Assembly (NCBI GenBank): GCA_050309605.1
Contig: JBNRMN010000062.1
Coordinates: forward strand, 1-48,896
Direction: 5' to 3'
From: Anaerohalosphaeraceae bacterium
GTDB taxonomy: Bacteria; Planctomycetota; Phycisphaerae; Sedimentisphaerales; Anaerohalosphaeraceae
Length of the DNA: 48,896 bases
In this document: positions 1-10,339 of the stretch, one piece after another
Layout: each line of letters begins with the position of its first letter
Numbering within the stretch: position 1 is the first letter of the stretch
The notes under the pieces: model-generated
The model's input: the letters and a program-made list of their open reading frames with translations, nothing else
What the model was told of the DNA's origin: nothing
Databases searched by the model: none
Translations under genes and position numbers: made by a program

Positions 1-131
1 AACCATCGCAACCTGTAAAAAGCAGGGTCAAAATGTCTTTGACTTTATCCATGAATCAGTTGTTGCTCACTGGAGTAATAAAAAATACCCCTCATTAATC
101 TGCTAAAAACTGTGAACGGATACGAAAAAAC

Positions 132-1142
132 ATGCGAAAAATAAATCATCAACTGGGACAGGCCTTTCTAAGCGATCGAACGACAAAGCACTTACATCGT
201 CAATTTATCGCTTTGCTGGCGGATGATACGGTTGCCGAGGCGTTGTCAAAAATACAGCACCAGCAGTCGGATCAGCAGATCGTGTATTTTTATGTGCTGG
301 ATGAACAGCAGCGGCTTGTCGGTGTCGTACCCGTGCGCAAGCTGCTGTTTGAGAAGCCTGATACGAAAATCGCCGACTGTATGCTGCGCGATGTGGTAAC
401 GGTTGGCGATACCGCGACGATCGCTCAGGCCGGAGCGGTGATGCTTGAACATAAACTGCTGGCGATGCCGGTGGTCAATGAGCAGCGAAAGATGCTGGGT
501 GTGCTGGATCTGGGGCATTTTACCGAAGATGCACTGGATTCGCTTTCGATGGTGCAGCGGCCGCAGGTGGATCGGTTCTTTCAGATGCTCGGTCTGCACA
601 TCAGTCTGAATCGACACGTTTCACCCTGGGCGCGATTTAAGGAGCGTTTTCCGTGGCTGCTGTGCAACGTCGCCAGCGGTCTGCTGTGCGCACTGATCGC
701 GAGTTTTTATGAGCTGCTGATTCAACAGGTTGTCCTGCTGGCGATGTTTATTACGGTGGTGTTGGCGCTGGGCGAGAGTGTCAGTATGCAGGCGATGACC
801 ATTACGCTGCGGGCGCTGGATGTGCGTTTTTTTTCATGGGGTATCGTACGTCGTTTTCTCAGTAAGGAGCTGACGACATCGCTGCTGCTGGGAGTCGGCT
901 GCGGTTTGCTGCTCGGCGGTGCGGCATTGATCTGGAAAGGGCAGTTGATCCCAAGTGCAGCGATCGGTCTGAGTGTGGTGCTTTCTATCTTGACCGCCTG
1001 TGGGCTGGGGGTGCTGATTCCTTCGGCGATTCGGGCGCTGCGGATGGATCCCAAAATCGCCGCCGGCCCGATCGTGCTGGCCTGCGCCGATGTGGCGACT
1101 CTGCTGTATTACTTCAATATGATGAAGTGGCTGACGATGTAG
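132..1142 (+). CDS. mgtE: MgtE-family magnesium transporter (CBS pair plus MgtE membrane domain, N-domain absent)
   Basis: CBS motifs (YFYVLDEQQRLVGVV, LAMPVVNE), then RFPWL and five hydrophobic helices ending DPKIAAGPIVLACADV, similar to the MgtE DPAxxxGP..D motif. Confidence 0.85.
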   Translation: MRKINHQLGQAFLSDRTTKHLHRQFIALLADDTVAEALSKIQHQQSDQQIVYFYVLDEQQRLVGVVPVRKLLFEKPDTKIADCMLRDVVTVGDTATIAQAGAVMLEHKLLAMPVVNEQRKMLGVLDLGHFTEDALDSLSMVQRPQVDRFFQMLGLHISLNRHVSPWARFKERFPWLLCNVASGLLCALIASFYELLIQQVVLLAMFITVVLALGESVSMQAMTITLRALDVRFFSWGIVRRFLSKELTTSLLLGVGCGLLLGGAALIWKGQLIPSAAIGLSVVLSILTACGLGVLIPSAIRALRMDPKIAAGPIVLACADVATLLYYFNMMKWLTM

Positions 1143-1175
1143 GCCGCCGCGTCGGGCAGCGCGTAGATTTTGAGA

Positions 1176-1212
1176 TCAGAAGTCAAAAGACACACGTGTC
1201 TCTGACTTCCGA
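1176..1212. terminator. Hairpin between convergent mgtE and M16 peptidase genes, probable terminator
   Basis: gaagtca..agacac / gtgtct..tgacttc inverted repeat between two stop codons. Confidence 0.45.
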
Positions 1213-1236
1213 CCTTCGCTGTTTCGTCGCGAGCGG

Positions 1237-4044
1237 CTAAGGTTGAACGACGTGAACGGGAGCAACGGTTTCCAGACGCTCTTTCAGGACCGCCGCATCG
1301 CCGACGACGACAATCGTCAGCTTGTTCGGCTTGACAATCTTTTGCGTGATCCGAATGCAGTCATTCGGCGTCGCCGCTTCAATGACGCCGAACATTTTTT
1401 TGAAATAATCGCGTCCCAGCCGCTGCGATTCAATCAGCCACAAATCGCGTGCGATCTGCTGTGGTGTTTCCCGATTGCGTGCGAAACTGCCCAGTAAATA
1501 GCTGCGCGTATCGTTGAATTCCGTTTCAGTTGGGGCAACGGTACGAAATTCGGCAATCTGTTCAAAAATCACCTCAAGCGTTTCCATCACGCTCTCATTT
1601 CGCGTAAATGTCGAAATTTCAAATGTCCCGGCCATCCGCAGTGCATTGAACCAACCCTGGGCGCCATAGGTCAGCCCGCGTTTGACGCGAATGTTCTCGT
1701 TCAGTCGGCTGTTGAACGAGCCGCCGAAATAATTGGCGGCTGTCAGTGCATAAAAGTAATCCGGCTGCTGATCTCGGGTGATGCCCAAATGCCCGACGCG
1801 AAGCTGGGCCTGAGCACTGCCGGGACGATCCACGAGTAGAATGTGGTTCGGTCCGGGCTGCGGGATATCCGCAAGGATCAGTCCCGTTTCCACCAACTCC
1901 GTTTTCCACTGTCCGAAGTATTTTCGGGCCAGCGCTGTCGCCTGTCTCGGCGTGATGTCGCCTGCGAAGATCAGTGCGGCCTGATCGGGACGGGCAAACT
2001 TGCGCCACCATAGTTGCAGGTCATCCGGAGAAATCCGCTCAAGCTGCGGCGGCGTCCCTTTGATCGGACGACTGTACGGATGGTCATCGAAGACCGCCTT
2101 GTAAAACCACGTTTCGGCCAAATATCTCGGATCTTGCCGGCGAATCGTCAGTTCCGTAATTTCCTGGGCGAGCAGTTTTTCAAATTCATCCTGCGCAAAG
2201 GTCGGCTTCAAGACCACCTCGGCCATCAGGTTCATACCCTGCTCAAGATGTTCCGTCAGCGCGCTCATGGATACAGTGGCATTGTCTTTGTCGGCCGTGC
2301 CGTTCAGCGTGACGGCGTAATGATCCAGCCTTCGGGCCAGTTCGGCTTCGGTATAGTTTTCCGTGCCGCGGGTCAGCATCTCCAGCGTCATCGCCGCAAG
2401 GCCGGGCTTGTGCTCGGTCCAGGCCCCGTTCGGCAGGCCGAGCATGACCGAAACAAACGGCGTTTTATGGTTGGATACAGTCAACACCTTCAGCCTGTTG
2501 CCCAAAGTCGTTTCACGGTAAGGCAAGTCAAATATCTGCGTGTCGGATTGTGCAAAAGGCGGCGTTTCAGGGAAATCGTTCGGCCGTTCTACGCCCGGTC
2601 TGCCCGGCGGCGGCGATACAAGCTCAGGCTCGGCGGTCAACGGGGCCGCATCGTTGTCCAGGCGGGCGCTGAGCATTCCGTCTTCGTTCTTTTTCACAAT
2701 AAAGCGGAATACGCGGTTTTTTCCGAGCCATTCGTCGGCAACCCGCTGAACGTCGTCGGCGGTTACGGCGCGAATATCATCCAGCAACCGGTTGACACGC
2801 GACACATCGCCCATGGTGACCGCGGCCGTGCCGATCAGTCGGGCTTTGCTTTCAACGCTCAAGGTCGAAGTGACAACGTTTCTGAGCAGTTGGTTGCGGG
2901 CCTTTTCCAGTTCATCCTCGGTTATGCCGTGCTGTTGAATCATCTCAAGCTGTTCAGTTAAACCCGCCAGGACGGTTTCATAGTCTTCTGAGGTCGGCGA
3001 CAGCGTTGCATAGATGGAAAACAAACCCGCTTGCTGCAGGTTTTGCGACCAGCTTCCGGCTTCAACGGCGAGCTGCTGCTCGGCCACCAATCGGCGATAG
3101 ACGCGGCTGCTCTTGCCGCCGCCGAGAATTTCGCTCAGAAAATCCAGCGCTGTTTCATCGGGATGTCCCGTCGGCACGGTTCGCCACACCATCATGACCC
3201 GTCCGGCGGGGGCGTTTTCATCATCAATCACAATCGTGCGGGCAATGGACGGCCGGGACTGCTCAATGGACACACGCGGGGGCTGCGGGCCGGCAGGAAT
3301 CCATCCGAAATAACGCTCGGCCATCTGCCGGGCGTCCTGATGTTTGACCGCTCCGACAATAACCAATGTGGCATTGTTGGGCAGATAATACCGATTCCAA
3401 AACGCCCGCAGGTCCGCGACACTGGTCGCACGAAGATGAGCAATATTGCCGATGGGCGTCCAGCGGTAGGGATGTTGGGTGAACAATTCGGCGTAGATTT
3501 TCTTGAACAGCGTGCCATAAGGGCGATTTTCACCCATTCGCAGTTCTTCTTCGACGACTTTGCGTTCCGTGTCCACATTGTCCTGGTCGATTTTCAGAAA
3601 CGCCATCCGTTCGGCTTCCAGCCACAATGCCAGTTCGAGTTCGTGGGCCGGCAGGGTCTGGATATAGACCGTCTGGTCAAAGCTGGTGTAAGCGTTGCAC
3701 GTGCCGCCGACCTTTCGGATAGTGTTAAAATGGCCGTCGGCACTGACGCGGTCGGTGCCCTTGAACATCATATGTTCAAACATATGTGCATAGCCCTGAC
3801 GGTCGGACTGTTCGTCTTTGGAGCCGACCTCATACCAGACCTGTACCGCGGCGATGGGAGCCGAAAAATCCTCCACCGTAACGACCCGCATCCCGTTATC
3901 CAGGGTAACAAGCTGATAGTCAAAAAGCTTGTCAGACGCTGTGGAGGCATCGGGTATGACTGGATTGGACATTCCGAAACAGAACGCGGCCAGTGAAAGG
4001 ATTACCGCAACACTTACAACCTGGAGGTGTTTTGTCGGCTTCAT
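1237..4044 (-). CDS. M16-family (pitrilysin-like) zinc protease, exported, two-module form
   Basis: HxxEH motif (AHMFEHMMFKG), NAYTSFDQT, and a second module with SRLNENIRVKRGLTYG. Start moved from ORF-track 4227 to ATG 4044, which precedes a signal peptide and avoids overlap with gloB. Confidence 0.9.
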   Translation of the reverse strand: MKPTKHLQVVSVAVILSLAAFCFGMSNPVIPDASTASDKLFDYQLVTLDNGMRVVTVEDFSAPIAAVQVWYEVGSKDEQSDRQGYAHMFEHMMFKGTDRVSADGHFNTIRKVGGTCNAYTSFDQTVYIQTLPAHELELALWLEAERMAFLKIDQDNVDTERKVVEEELRMGENRPYGTLFKKIYAELFTQHPYRWTPIGNIAHLRATSVADLRAFWNRYYLPNNATLVIVGAVKHQDARQMAERYFGWIPAGPQPPRVSIEQSRPSIARTIVIDDENAPAGRVMMVWRTVPTGHPDETALDFLSEILGGGKSSRVYRRLVAEQQLAVEAGSWSQNLQQAGLFSIYATLSPTSEDYETVLAGLTEQLEMIQQHGITEDELEKARNQLLRNVVTSTLSVESKARLIGTAAVTMGDVSRVNRLLDDIRAVTADDVQRVADEWLGKNRVFRFIVKKNEDGMLSARLDNDAAPLTAEPELVSPPPGRPGVERPNDFPETPPFAQSDTQIFDLPYRETTLGNRLKVLTVSNHKTPFVSVMLGLPNGAWTEHKPGLAAMTLEMLTRGTENYTEAELARRLDHYAVTLNGTADKDNATVSMSALTEHLEQGMNLMAEVVLKPTFAQDEFEKLLAQEITELTIRRQDPRYLAETWFYKAVFDDHPYSRPIKGTPPQLERISPDDLQLWWRKFARPDQAALIFAGDITPRQATALARKYFGQWKTELVETGLILADIPQPGPNHILLVDRPGSAQAQLRVGHLGITRDQQPDYFYALTAANYFGGSFNSRLNENIRVKRGLTYGAQGWFNALRMAGTFEISTFTRNESVMETLEVIFEQIAEFRTVAPTETEFNDTRSYLLGSFARNRETPQQIARDLWLIESQRLGRDYFKKMFGVIEAATPNDCIRITQKIVKPNKLTIVVVGDAAVLKERLETVAPVHVVQP

Positions 4045-4141
4045 TTCTTTTCCCTTTTGATAAAAAATGAATTCAGATTTTGCCCAGTTATAATCCATGA
4101 CCACGGTTCGGTCAAGTTTGCATAAGCGACTTTTTATCGCT

Positions 4142-4885
4142 TCAGAATCGGTCTTTTCGTCGTCGAAGTTCCGCAAAGACCGCAACTGGGTCGTCAAGTT
4201 CGACGGCCTGACGGATGCTGTTTTCATGGCAACGCAGAAACGGATTGATGAGTTTTTCCTGTTTAAGGGTTGTCGGTAAAAAGGCGGATTGTGCCCGAAT
4301 GGCCGCGATCATTTTTTTAAGCGCCGGCCTGTCGGGTTCGAGCGTCAGAGCAAAGCGAATGTTATCTTCCGTGTAATTATGGCCCGGAAAAATGCGGGTT
4401 TCATCCGGCAGGGCGGCCAGCCGTTGGAGCGAATGATAGAGGGTTTCGGGCGCACACTCAAAGGCACGTCCGCAACCGCCGCTAAACAGCGTATCGCCGC
4501 TGTAGAGGACGGGCGGTTCGGTCGGATGGGTTCCATAATAACAGACACTGTCGGTCGTATGCCCCGGTACGGCCAGGACGGTGACAGTCCACTGGCCCAG
4601 TTTCAACACATCACCGTCTTTGACACGCACATCCGTGCCGGCGATGCGGCGGTCATCCGGGCTGAACACCCGGCAGTGAAACGTCTTTTTCAGGGCGGCG
4701 ATGCCGCCGATGTGGTCGGCGTGATGGTGGGTCGCCAGGATATGCGTCAAACAAAGCCCTTTGTCCGCAATGGGTTTCAGGACAGTTGCCGCATCCGAGG
4801 GATCCACCGTCCAGCAGCGGTCGGCTTGATACGGATGAATATAGACCCAGTTATCCCAATTGGCCTTGACGGTTATCACACGCAT
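4142..4885 (-). CDS. gloB: Hydroxyacylglutathione hydrolase (glyoxalase II), metallo-beta-lactamase fold
   Basis: THHHADHIGG, PGHT, SGDTLFSGGCGR, PGHNYT, EKLINPFLR and C-terminal FAELRRRKDRF. Start could also be 4903. Confidence 0.9.
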   Translation of the reverse strand: MRVITVKANWDNWVYIHPYQADRCWTVDPSDAATVLKPIADKGLCLTHILATHHHADHIGGIAALKKTFHCRVFSPDDRRIAGTDVRVKDGDVLKLGQWTVTVLAVPGHTTDSVCYYGTHPTEPPVLYSGDTLFSGGCGRAFECAPETLYHSLQRLAALPDETRIFPGHNYTEDNIRFALTLEPDRPALKKMIAAIRAQSAFLPTTLKQEKLINPFLRCHENSIRQAVELDDPVAVFAELRRRKDRF

Positions 4886-4960
4886 AGAAGAAGTATAATG
4901 CAAACAACCCCGTATGAAAAGTCGATTTTTGGAGTTTTGACCGAGGCCGACCCAAGACGA

Positions 4961-4995
4961 TAAAGGCCGACGGGAAACACGGTTCCCGCCGGCCT
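4961..4995 (-). terminator. GC-rich hairpin downstream of secDF
   Basis: aggccgacgggaa / ttcccgccggcct stem, followed on the minus strand by only a short T run. Confidence 0.55.
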
Positions 4996-5020
4996 GATAC
5001 GCTTATTGGATGGTTGAAAG

Positions 5021-8000
5021 TTACTTCTTGTTTTCTTTGGGGGCGCCGATCAGCAGCAGCGGCGAGGCAATCGTGATTGAAGAGTATGTACCGACCGCAA
5101 TACCAATCAGCATGGCAAAGGTAAATCCGCGAAGCCCTTCACCGCCCCAGATGTACATAATCAGCACGACGACAAACGTGGTCAGCGAAGTCAGCAGCGT
5201 ACGTCCGATGGTCTGGTTGATGCTGTCGGTAATCAGTTGCGGCGTCAGTGTCGTGGATTTGCCGCGGTTCTCACGGATGCGGTCAAAGATGACGATGGTG
5301 TCGTTCAGCGAGTATCCGATGATGGTCAAAAACGCCGCAATCATTTCCAGATTGATCTTGAAATCGTCGATCAGAAGGGCGCTGCCCAGGGACGTTCTTG
5401 CGATGTAGGTGCAGGCCGTAACCGCCCCCAGCGTGATGCACACGTCATGCACCAGCGCTACAATGGCCGCAACGCCGAAGCGTGCCGTGCCGAATCGAAT
5501 CCAAATATAGCCAATGATGCCGATCAGCGACAGAATGATCGCCACCAGCGCCTGCTGCTTGGCCTTGGCGCCGATAGACGGGTCGATCTGCGTGACCCGC
5601 GACAGGGATTTTTCCAGCGACGCAGCGTTGATCAGCTTGGTCTTTTCATTGGTGACAAAACGTTCCCATTCGTCTTCATCAAGGTCGCGGTAGCCCGCTT
5701 CGGGGTGAACGCTGACATAGACAAATTGCGTCAAACGTTCCTGCGGATTCGGTTCCAGCAAATTGTCGTCGAGAATATTATAACGATACCACGCCAAATC
5801 CTGCATATCCGGCTTAAAGCGAATGTCGCGAATACGGGCGTCCAGTTCCTCGGCGGTAACGCTGTTTTTAAGTGTACAAACCAGTTTGACGCCGCCCAGA
5901 AAGTCCGCCAGCAGGGCGGCTTCGTCCGCGCCGGGCAGGATACGGTCCGCTTGAGTAATTTCAATGTCCAGATTTTCACGCACCGTTAAATAGTCCTTGA
6001 ACGCCTCGCGGACCGCCTCGCTGACAATTTCGTGTACGATCGGTTCACTGACGATGACGTTTTCGTCTTCAAAAGCCGTTGTCAGAACGTCCTGCACCGC
6101 CGCGACATTGAATCGGCTCGTGGACACTTCAAAACCATTCGTTTCGACGGGGGCGACCTTCAATTGTCCCAGACGCTGGCCCAGTTGATCGGCAGCGCGA
6201 CGAATTTGCTCCAGAACCGTCTCGACTGTCGGCGTCTCGTCCGTCTCAAAGGTTAACCGGGCGGTGGTGGTGTTGGTCTCGGTAGTATTGATTTCAAATT
6301 GTCGGCCGGTCGTTCCCACCGCATTGACGCGCGCCGCGGCCAGAGCCATATTGCCGACGGAACGGGCGTACTCTCTGAATCGGCTCTCAACTTCCGCGCG
6401 ATCCAGTCCGACGCCTTCTTTCAAGTCGATCTGAACACTGGTTCCGCCGGTAAACTCAATGTCATATTTGCTGTTGGTCGCCTCATCGCGGGTAAAGAAG
6501 ACGGTCAGTCCCCCGACAATCAAAATTCCCGACACGACCACAAAGACCGGACGAAGTTTCATCCAGTTGATCGATACGTTCTGGAACAGGTCGAACATCG
6601 GCAGCGGCCCGGTCAGCAGCCGCGAGCCGGTCAGCAGATCGAACACCACCCGTGTGACAAACAGTGCCGTGAACATACTGGCCAAAATACCCAGCATCAG
6701 CACAATGGCGAAGCCTTTGATCTCTTCCGAGGCCGCCAGATACAGAATGGCTGCCACGCCGAAGGTGGTGACGTTGGCGTCAAAAATCGTACTGAACGCC
6801 CGCGAATATCCGTTGGAAATCGCCGAGCGAATGGATGAGCCGCGTTTTTGCTCTTCGCGAATGCGCTCAAAAATCAGCACGTTCGCATCTACGCTCATGC
6901 CGATGGTCAAGATCAGGCCGGCGATACCGGGCAGGGTAAACGTCGATTGCAGCAGCGACATCACACCCAGAACAAACAGAATGTTCATCATCAGGGCCAT
7001 GTCGGCAATTGCCCCGGCCAGCATATAATAAATGAGCATAAAGACCGCCACAATCGCCAGTCCGATCAGGCCGGCGCGGATGCCTTTTTGCAGGTTGTCA
7101 GCGCCCAGCGTTGCCCCGATGGTGCGCTCCGAGATCGGCACTTCACTGAGCCGCGCCGGCAGCGAGCCGGCGTTCAGCTTGTTGACCATGTCATCAATCT
7201 CGGTTTGTGTGAATCGCCCCGTGATCACGCCCTGTGAGCGAATGGCACTTTCGACGTTCGGCGCCGAAATGGCGCGGTCGTCCAGCAATATACACAGCGG
7301 ACGTCCAATATTCGCCCCGGTCAGACGATAGAACAGATTGGCCGCTGTCTCGTCGAAGGTAAAACCGATGGCCCGTGCCCCGTGTCGATCCACGGTCGGG
7401 TAGGCGCGTCGCAGCCGCCATTGACGCTGTCCGCGCTGCAGCATCGTTTCATTCGGCTGGTTCGAGGCCAGAACATACGTTTTATCTCCGAAGGTTCCCG
7501 TGATGCCCAGGCCGGACGGCCAGGTCGCCGGATTTTCGATTTCGCACCACACATACCGATTATCGGAGGCCTGTTTGGGACCTTTTTCATTCAGTGCATC
7601 GACATAAGCCATCAGCGCATCGATGCTGCCGTCTTCGGCTGTCGGCAGAATGCGAAATTCGAGCACGCCGGCGCCTTTGAGCATTCGCTTGAGGTCTTCC
7701 GGGTCATCCAGCCGTCCGCCGACGGCGATGTATGCGTCATAGGCTTGCACGACGGCGTCAATTTTGTCGGTGCGGTCGGGAAACTGAGATTTCAATGTCT
7801 CAATCATCTCACGCCGATTGGCGGAAACCGCCGGCATATCGAGAATATCGCGGAGCTGATCGATGTTTAAATTCAGCGTTTGCAGCGTTCGAATGGCATT
7901 GTGCCATTGGACATTCAATCCGTCCTCCGGATCGGCCAGTTCATTGACGATGGGTTCCCATCGCTGATAGAGCGCGATATAGTCGCCGATCAGGTTGCGC

Positions 8001-8713
8001 GCCCGCGTTTGCTTTTCGCTGAGCTGATCTTCCGCTTCGATATCGTCGCGAATATGGGTTTTGACATAAGATTCAATTTCTTCGCGCCGTTCGTCGCTGT
8101 CCAGCTTCAGCCATTGGGTCAGACTGTATTGCAGTGTCTCATAATCCAGCCCAACATCGTCAAACTGTTCGCGAATGGTATCCATTTCATCGGCAAGCAT
8201 ATCGCGATGCTCTTGTTTTTGTCGGCGCAGGTCGAATATCTCGGCCAGTTCGTCCAGCACGGCCTGACGGTCGGGATTGTCGCGGGCAAATTCCTCAAAT
8301 TGCCGCTGTCGTTCGGTCGGGTCGAGATTCAGCGCCTGTCGAATACGAAGCAGATTGATATTGTCTTCTTCCAGCGCCAGCAGCGCCTGTTCGTAGGCGT
8401 CGCGCCGCCGGCGCGTTTCGGCGCTGGCCAGCGGCAGTTGTATCTCAATACGGGTATCGCCCTGCGGACGCATCACGATATTGGCCACGTGGGTCGGGTC
8501 AATACGCCGCAGCAGAATCGGAATCATATTCTGAGCCAGCCCGCGCTGTTCATGCGACTCCAGACCGGTCGTGTCAATCTCATAGACCAGACTGGTTCCG
8601 CCGGCCAGATCCAGACCCAGCTTGAGTTTTTCGTGCGGCGGATAGACGTACAGCGCAGAGACCGCGACCGCTATCAAAATTACGACGATCTTCCACAGTT
8701 GATCTTTAACCAT
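5021..8713 (-). CDS. secDF: Fused protein translocase subunit SecDF with enlarged periplasmic domains
   Basis: LKLGLDLAGG, LNAGSLPA, TLPGIAGLILTIGMSVDANVLIFERIREE (SecD); DIEFTGG and GYSLNDTIVIFDRIREN (SecF). Confidence 0.95.
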   Translation of the reverse strand: MVKDQLWKIVVILIAVAVSALYVYPPHEKLKLGLDLAGGTSLVYEIDTTGLESHEQRGLAQNMIPILLRRIDPTHVANIVMRPQGDTRIEIQLPLASAETRRRRDAYEQALLALEEDNINLLRIRQALNLDPTERQRQFEEFARDNPDRQAVLDELAEIFDLRRQKQEHRDMLADEMDTIREQFDDVGLDYETLQYSLTQWLKLDSDERREEIESYVKTHIRDDIEAEDQLSEKQTRARNLIGDYIALYQRWEPIVNELADPEDGLNVQWHNAIRTLQTLNLNIDQLRDILDMPAVSANRREMIETLKSQFPDRTDKIDAVVQAYDAYIAVGGRLDDPEDLKRMLKGAGVLEFRILPTAEDGSIDALMAYVDALNEKGPKQASDNRYVWCEIENPATWPSGLGITGTFGDKTYVLASNQPNETMLQRGQRQWRLRRAYPTVDRHGARAIGFTFDETAANLFYRLTGANIGRPLCILLDDRAISAPNVESAIRSQGVITGRFTQTEIDDMVNKLNAGSLPARLSEVPISERTIGATLGADNLQKGIRAGLIGLAIVAVFMLIYYMLAGAIADMALMMNILFVLGVMSLLQSTFTLPGIAGLILTIGMSVDANVLIFERIREEQKRGSSIRSAISNGYSRAFSTIFDANVTTFGVAAILYLAASEEIKGFAIVLMLGILASMFTALFVTRVVFDLLTGSRLLTGPLPMFDLFQNVSINWMKLRPVFVVVSGILIVGGLTVFFTRDEATNSKYDIEFTGGTSVQIDLKEGVGLDRAEVESRFREYARSVGNMALAAARVNAVGTTGRQFEINTTETNTTTARLTFETDETPTVETVLEQIRRAADQLGQRLGQLKVAPVETNGFEVSTSRFNVAAVQDVLTTAFEDENVIVSEPIVHEIVSEAVREAFKDYLTVRENLDIEITQADRILPGADEAALLADFLGGVKLVCTLKNSVTAEELDARIRDIRFKPDMQDLAWYRYNILDDNLLEPNPQERLTQFVYVSVHPEAGYRDLDEDEWERFVTNEKTKLINAASLEKSLSRVTQIDPSIGAKAKQQALVAIILSLIGIIGYIWIRFGTARFGVAAIVALVHDVCITLGAVTACTYIARTSLGSALLIDDFKINLEMIAAFLTIIGYSLNDTIVIFDRIRENRGKSTTLTPQLITDSINQTIGRTLLTSLTTFVVVLIMYIWGGEGLRGFTFAMLIGIAVGTYSSITIASPLLLIGAPKENKK

Positions 8714-8756
8714 AATCAGTTCCCGTCAAAAGAGTAAATGCGTAAGCTGTAATTGA

Positions 8757-9194
8757 TTATTCTGTTTTGCTGCTGCTCAGCACCGTGGCGATGGCCGAGG
8801 GAATAACGCGAATTTTGGTGTTGCTGCCCTCATCGACCTTCAGTACAATTTCATCGTCCCGCACGTCAAGGACGGTGCCGAAAATACCGCCGATGGTGCG
8901 CACGCGATCGTTCTTCTTCAGCGAAGAAACCATTTTCTGGTGTTCCTGCTGTTTTTTGCGCGGGCCGCGGAACATGAACAAAAAGATATATACGCCCAGA
9001 ATCAGAAACATCACCCACATCAGCGGGTTGGGCTGATATTCTTCCCGTCCGGGTTCATCCGGCGCCGGCGCAGCGCCGTTCTCCTGCGTTGTTGTCGTCG
9101 TTGTCGGAGCGGCCTCTTCCATGGTAATGACCGTTCCTTCCGGCGCTGAATTGCCGGACTCCTGCGCCGAAGCAAGCATCCATAATGATTTCAT
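8757..9194 (-). CDS. yajC: Preprotein translocase subunit YajC
   Basis: Single TM followed by LKKNDRVRTIGGIFGTV; lies between tgt and secDF. Confidence 0.93.
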   Translation of the reverse strand: MKSLWMLASAQESGNSAPEGTVITMEEAAPTTTTTTQENGAAPAPDEPGREEYQPNPLMWVMFLILGVYIFLFMFRGPRKKQQEHQKMVSSLKKNDRVRTIGGIFGTVLDVRDDEIVLKVDEGSNTKIRVIPSAIATVLSSSKTE

Positions 9195-10339
9195 GGCATC
9201 ATTCCTTCGCTATTTGTCAGTTCACATTGATTTTCGTTTTTATGTTTTTCGACAAAGGCATCCGCCCACGTGTCGAATGTTCCGTCTTCTATCTGTTTTC
9301 GAATCTGTGTCATCAGACGCTGATAATACGTCAAATTGTGCAGCGATACCAAAATCGGTCCGAGCATCTCGCCGACATTGAAAAAATGCCGAATGGCGCC
9401 GCGGCTGAACCGCCGGCACGCCGGACACGGACAATCCGCTTCAATCGGCCCGGTGTCCTGCGCATAAGCGCTGTTACGCATCCGTATTGGGCCGTCGGCG
9501 GTGAACGCGAAGGCGTTGCGGCCGTTTCGCGTCGGCAGCACACAATCGAACATATCCACGCCGGCGCGAACCGCCTCGACCATATCCACCGGCATCCCCA
9601 CCCCCATCAGGTAGCGGGGCTTGTCCTCCGGCAGCAGGGCGGCGGTATGCCGTACCGTTGCCGTCATCAGGTCGTGTCCTTCGCCGACACTCAGGCCGCC
9701 GATGGCATAGCCGTCAAAATCCATCGGCACCAGCGCCTCGGCGCATCGCGATCGAAACGTCAAATCCACACCGCCTTGTACGATACCGAACAGCATCTGT
9801 CGGTCATTGCCGTGGGCCGCTTTACATTGCTCGGCCCAGCGAATCGTGCGCTCGACGGCTTGTTTCAGCCGTTGCTGCGGGCACGGCCACGGCGTGCATT
9901 CATCAAAACACATAATGATGTCCGCGCCCAGCCGATTTTGCGTTTCAGTAGCGATTTTGGCGTCCAGATAAATCTTCGCGCCGTCAATATGACTGGCAAA
10001 CTCCACGCCGTCGTCACCCACGCGATTGAGCGTGCTGAGCGAAAAGACCTGATACCCGCCGCTGTCGGTCAGTATCGGCCCGATCCAGCCGGTCAGCCCA
10101 TGCAGATCGCCCAGCGCCGCGACCACGTCCGTTCCCGGACGCAGCAGCAGGTGGTACGTATTGGCCAATACCATCTCGGCGCCCGTCTGCCGCACCTGCT
10201 CAGGCAGCAGTCCTTTGACCGAGCCGCGCGTGCCGACCGGCATAAAGGCCGGCGTTTCTACGGCGCCGTGCGGTGTGGTCAGTCGTCCACGTCGGGCGGC
10301 ACTGTACCGGTCTGTTCGAATCAGCTCAAAATGCTTCAT
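9191..10339 (-). CDS. tgt: Queuine tRNA-ribosyltransferase
   Basis: TPAFMPVGT, LANTYHL, TDSGGYQVFSL, DECTP, GGLSVGE, DMFDCVLPTRNGR and Zn site CPCPAC. Confidence 0.97.
   Translation of the reverse strand: MKHFELIRTDRYSAARRGRLTTPHGAVETPAFMPVGTRGSVKGLLPEQVRQTGAEMVLANTYHLLLRPGTDVVAALGDLHGLTGWIGPILTDSGGYQVFSLSTLNRVGDDGVEFASHIDGAKIYLDAKIATETQNRLGADIIMCFDECTPWPCPQQRLKQAVERTIRWAEQCKAAHGNDRQMLFGIVQGGVDLTFRSRCAEALVPMDFDGYAIGGLSVGEGHDLMTATVRHTAALLPEDKPRYLMGVGMPVDMVEAVRAGVDMFDCVLPTRNGRNAFAFTADGPIRMRNSAYAQDTGPIEADCPCPACRRFSRGAIRHFFNVGEMLGPILVSLHNLTYYQRLMTQIRKQIEDGTFDTWADAFVEKHKNENQCELTNSEGMMP

Noticed and set aside
2014..3996. Long plus-strand ORFs (315 and 321 aa)
   Set aside because: Antisense shadows of the M16 peptidase; no recognisable motifs
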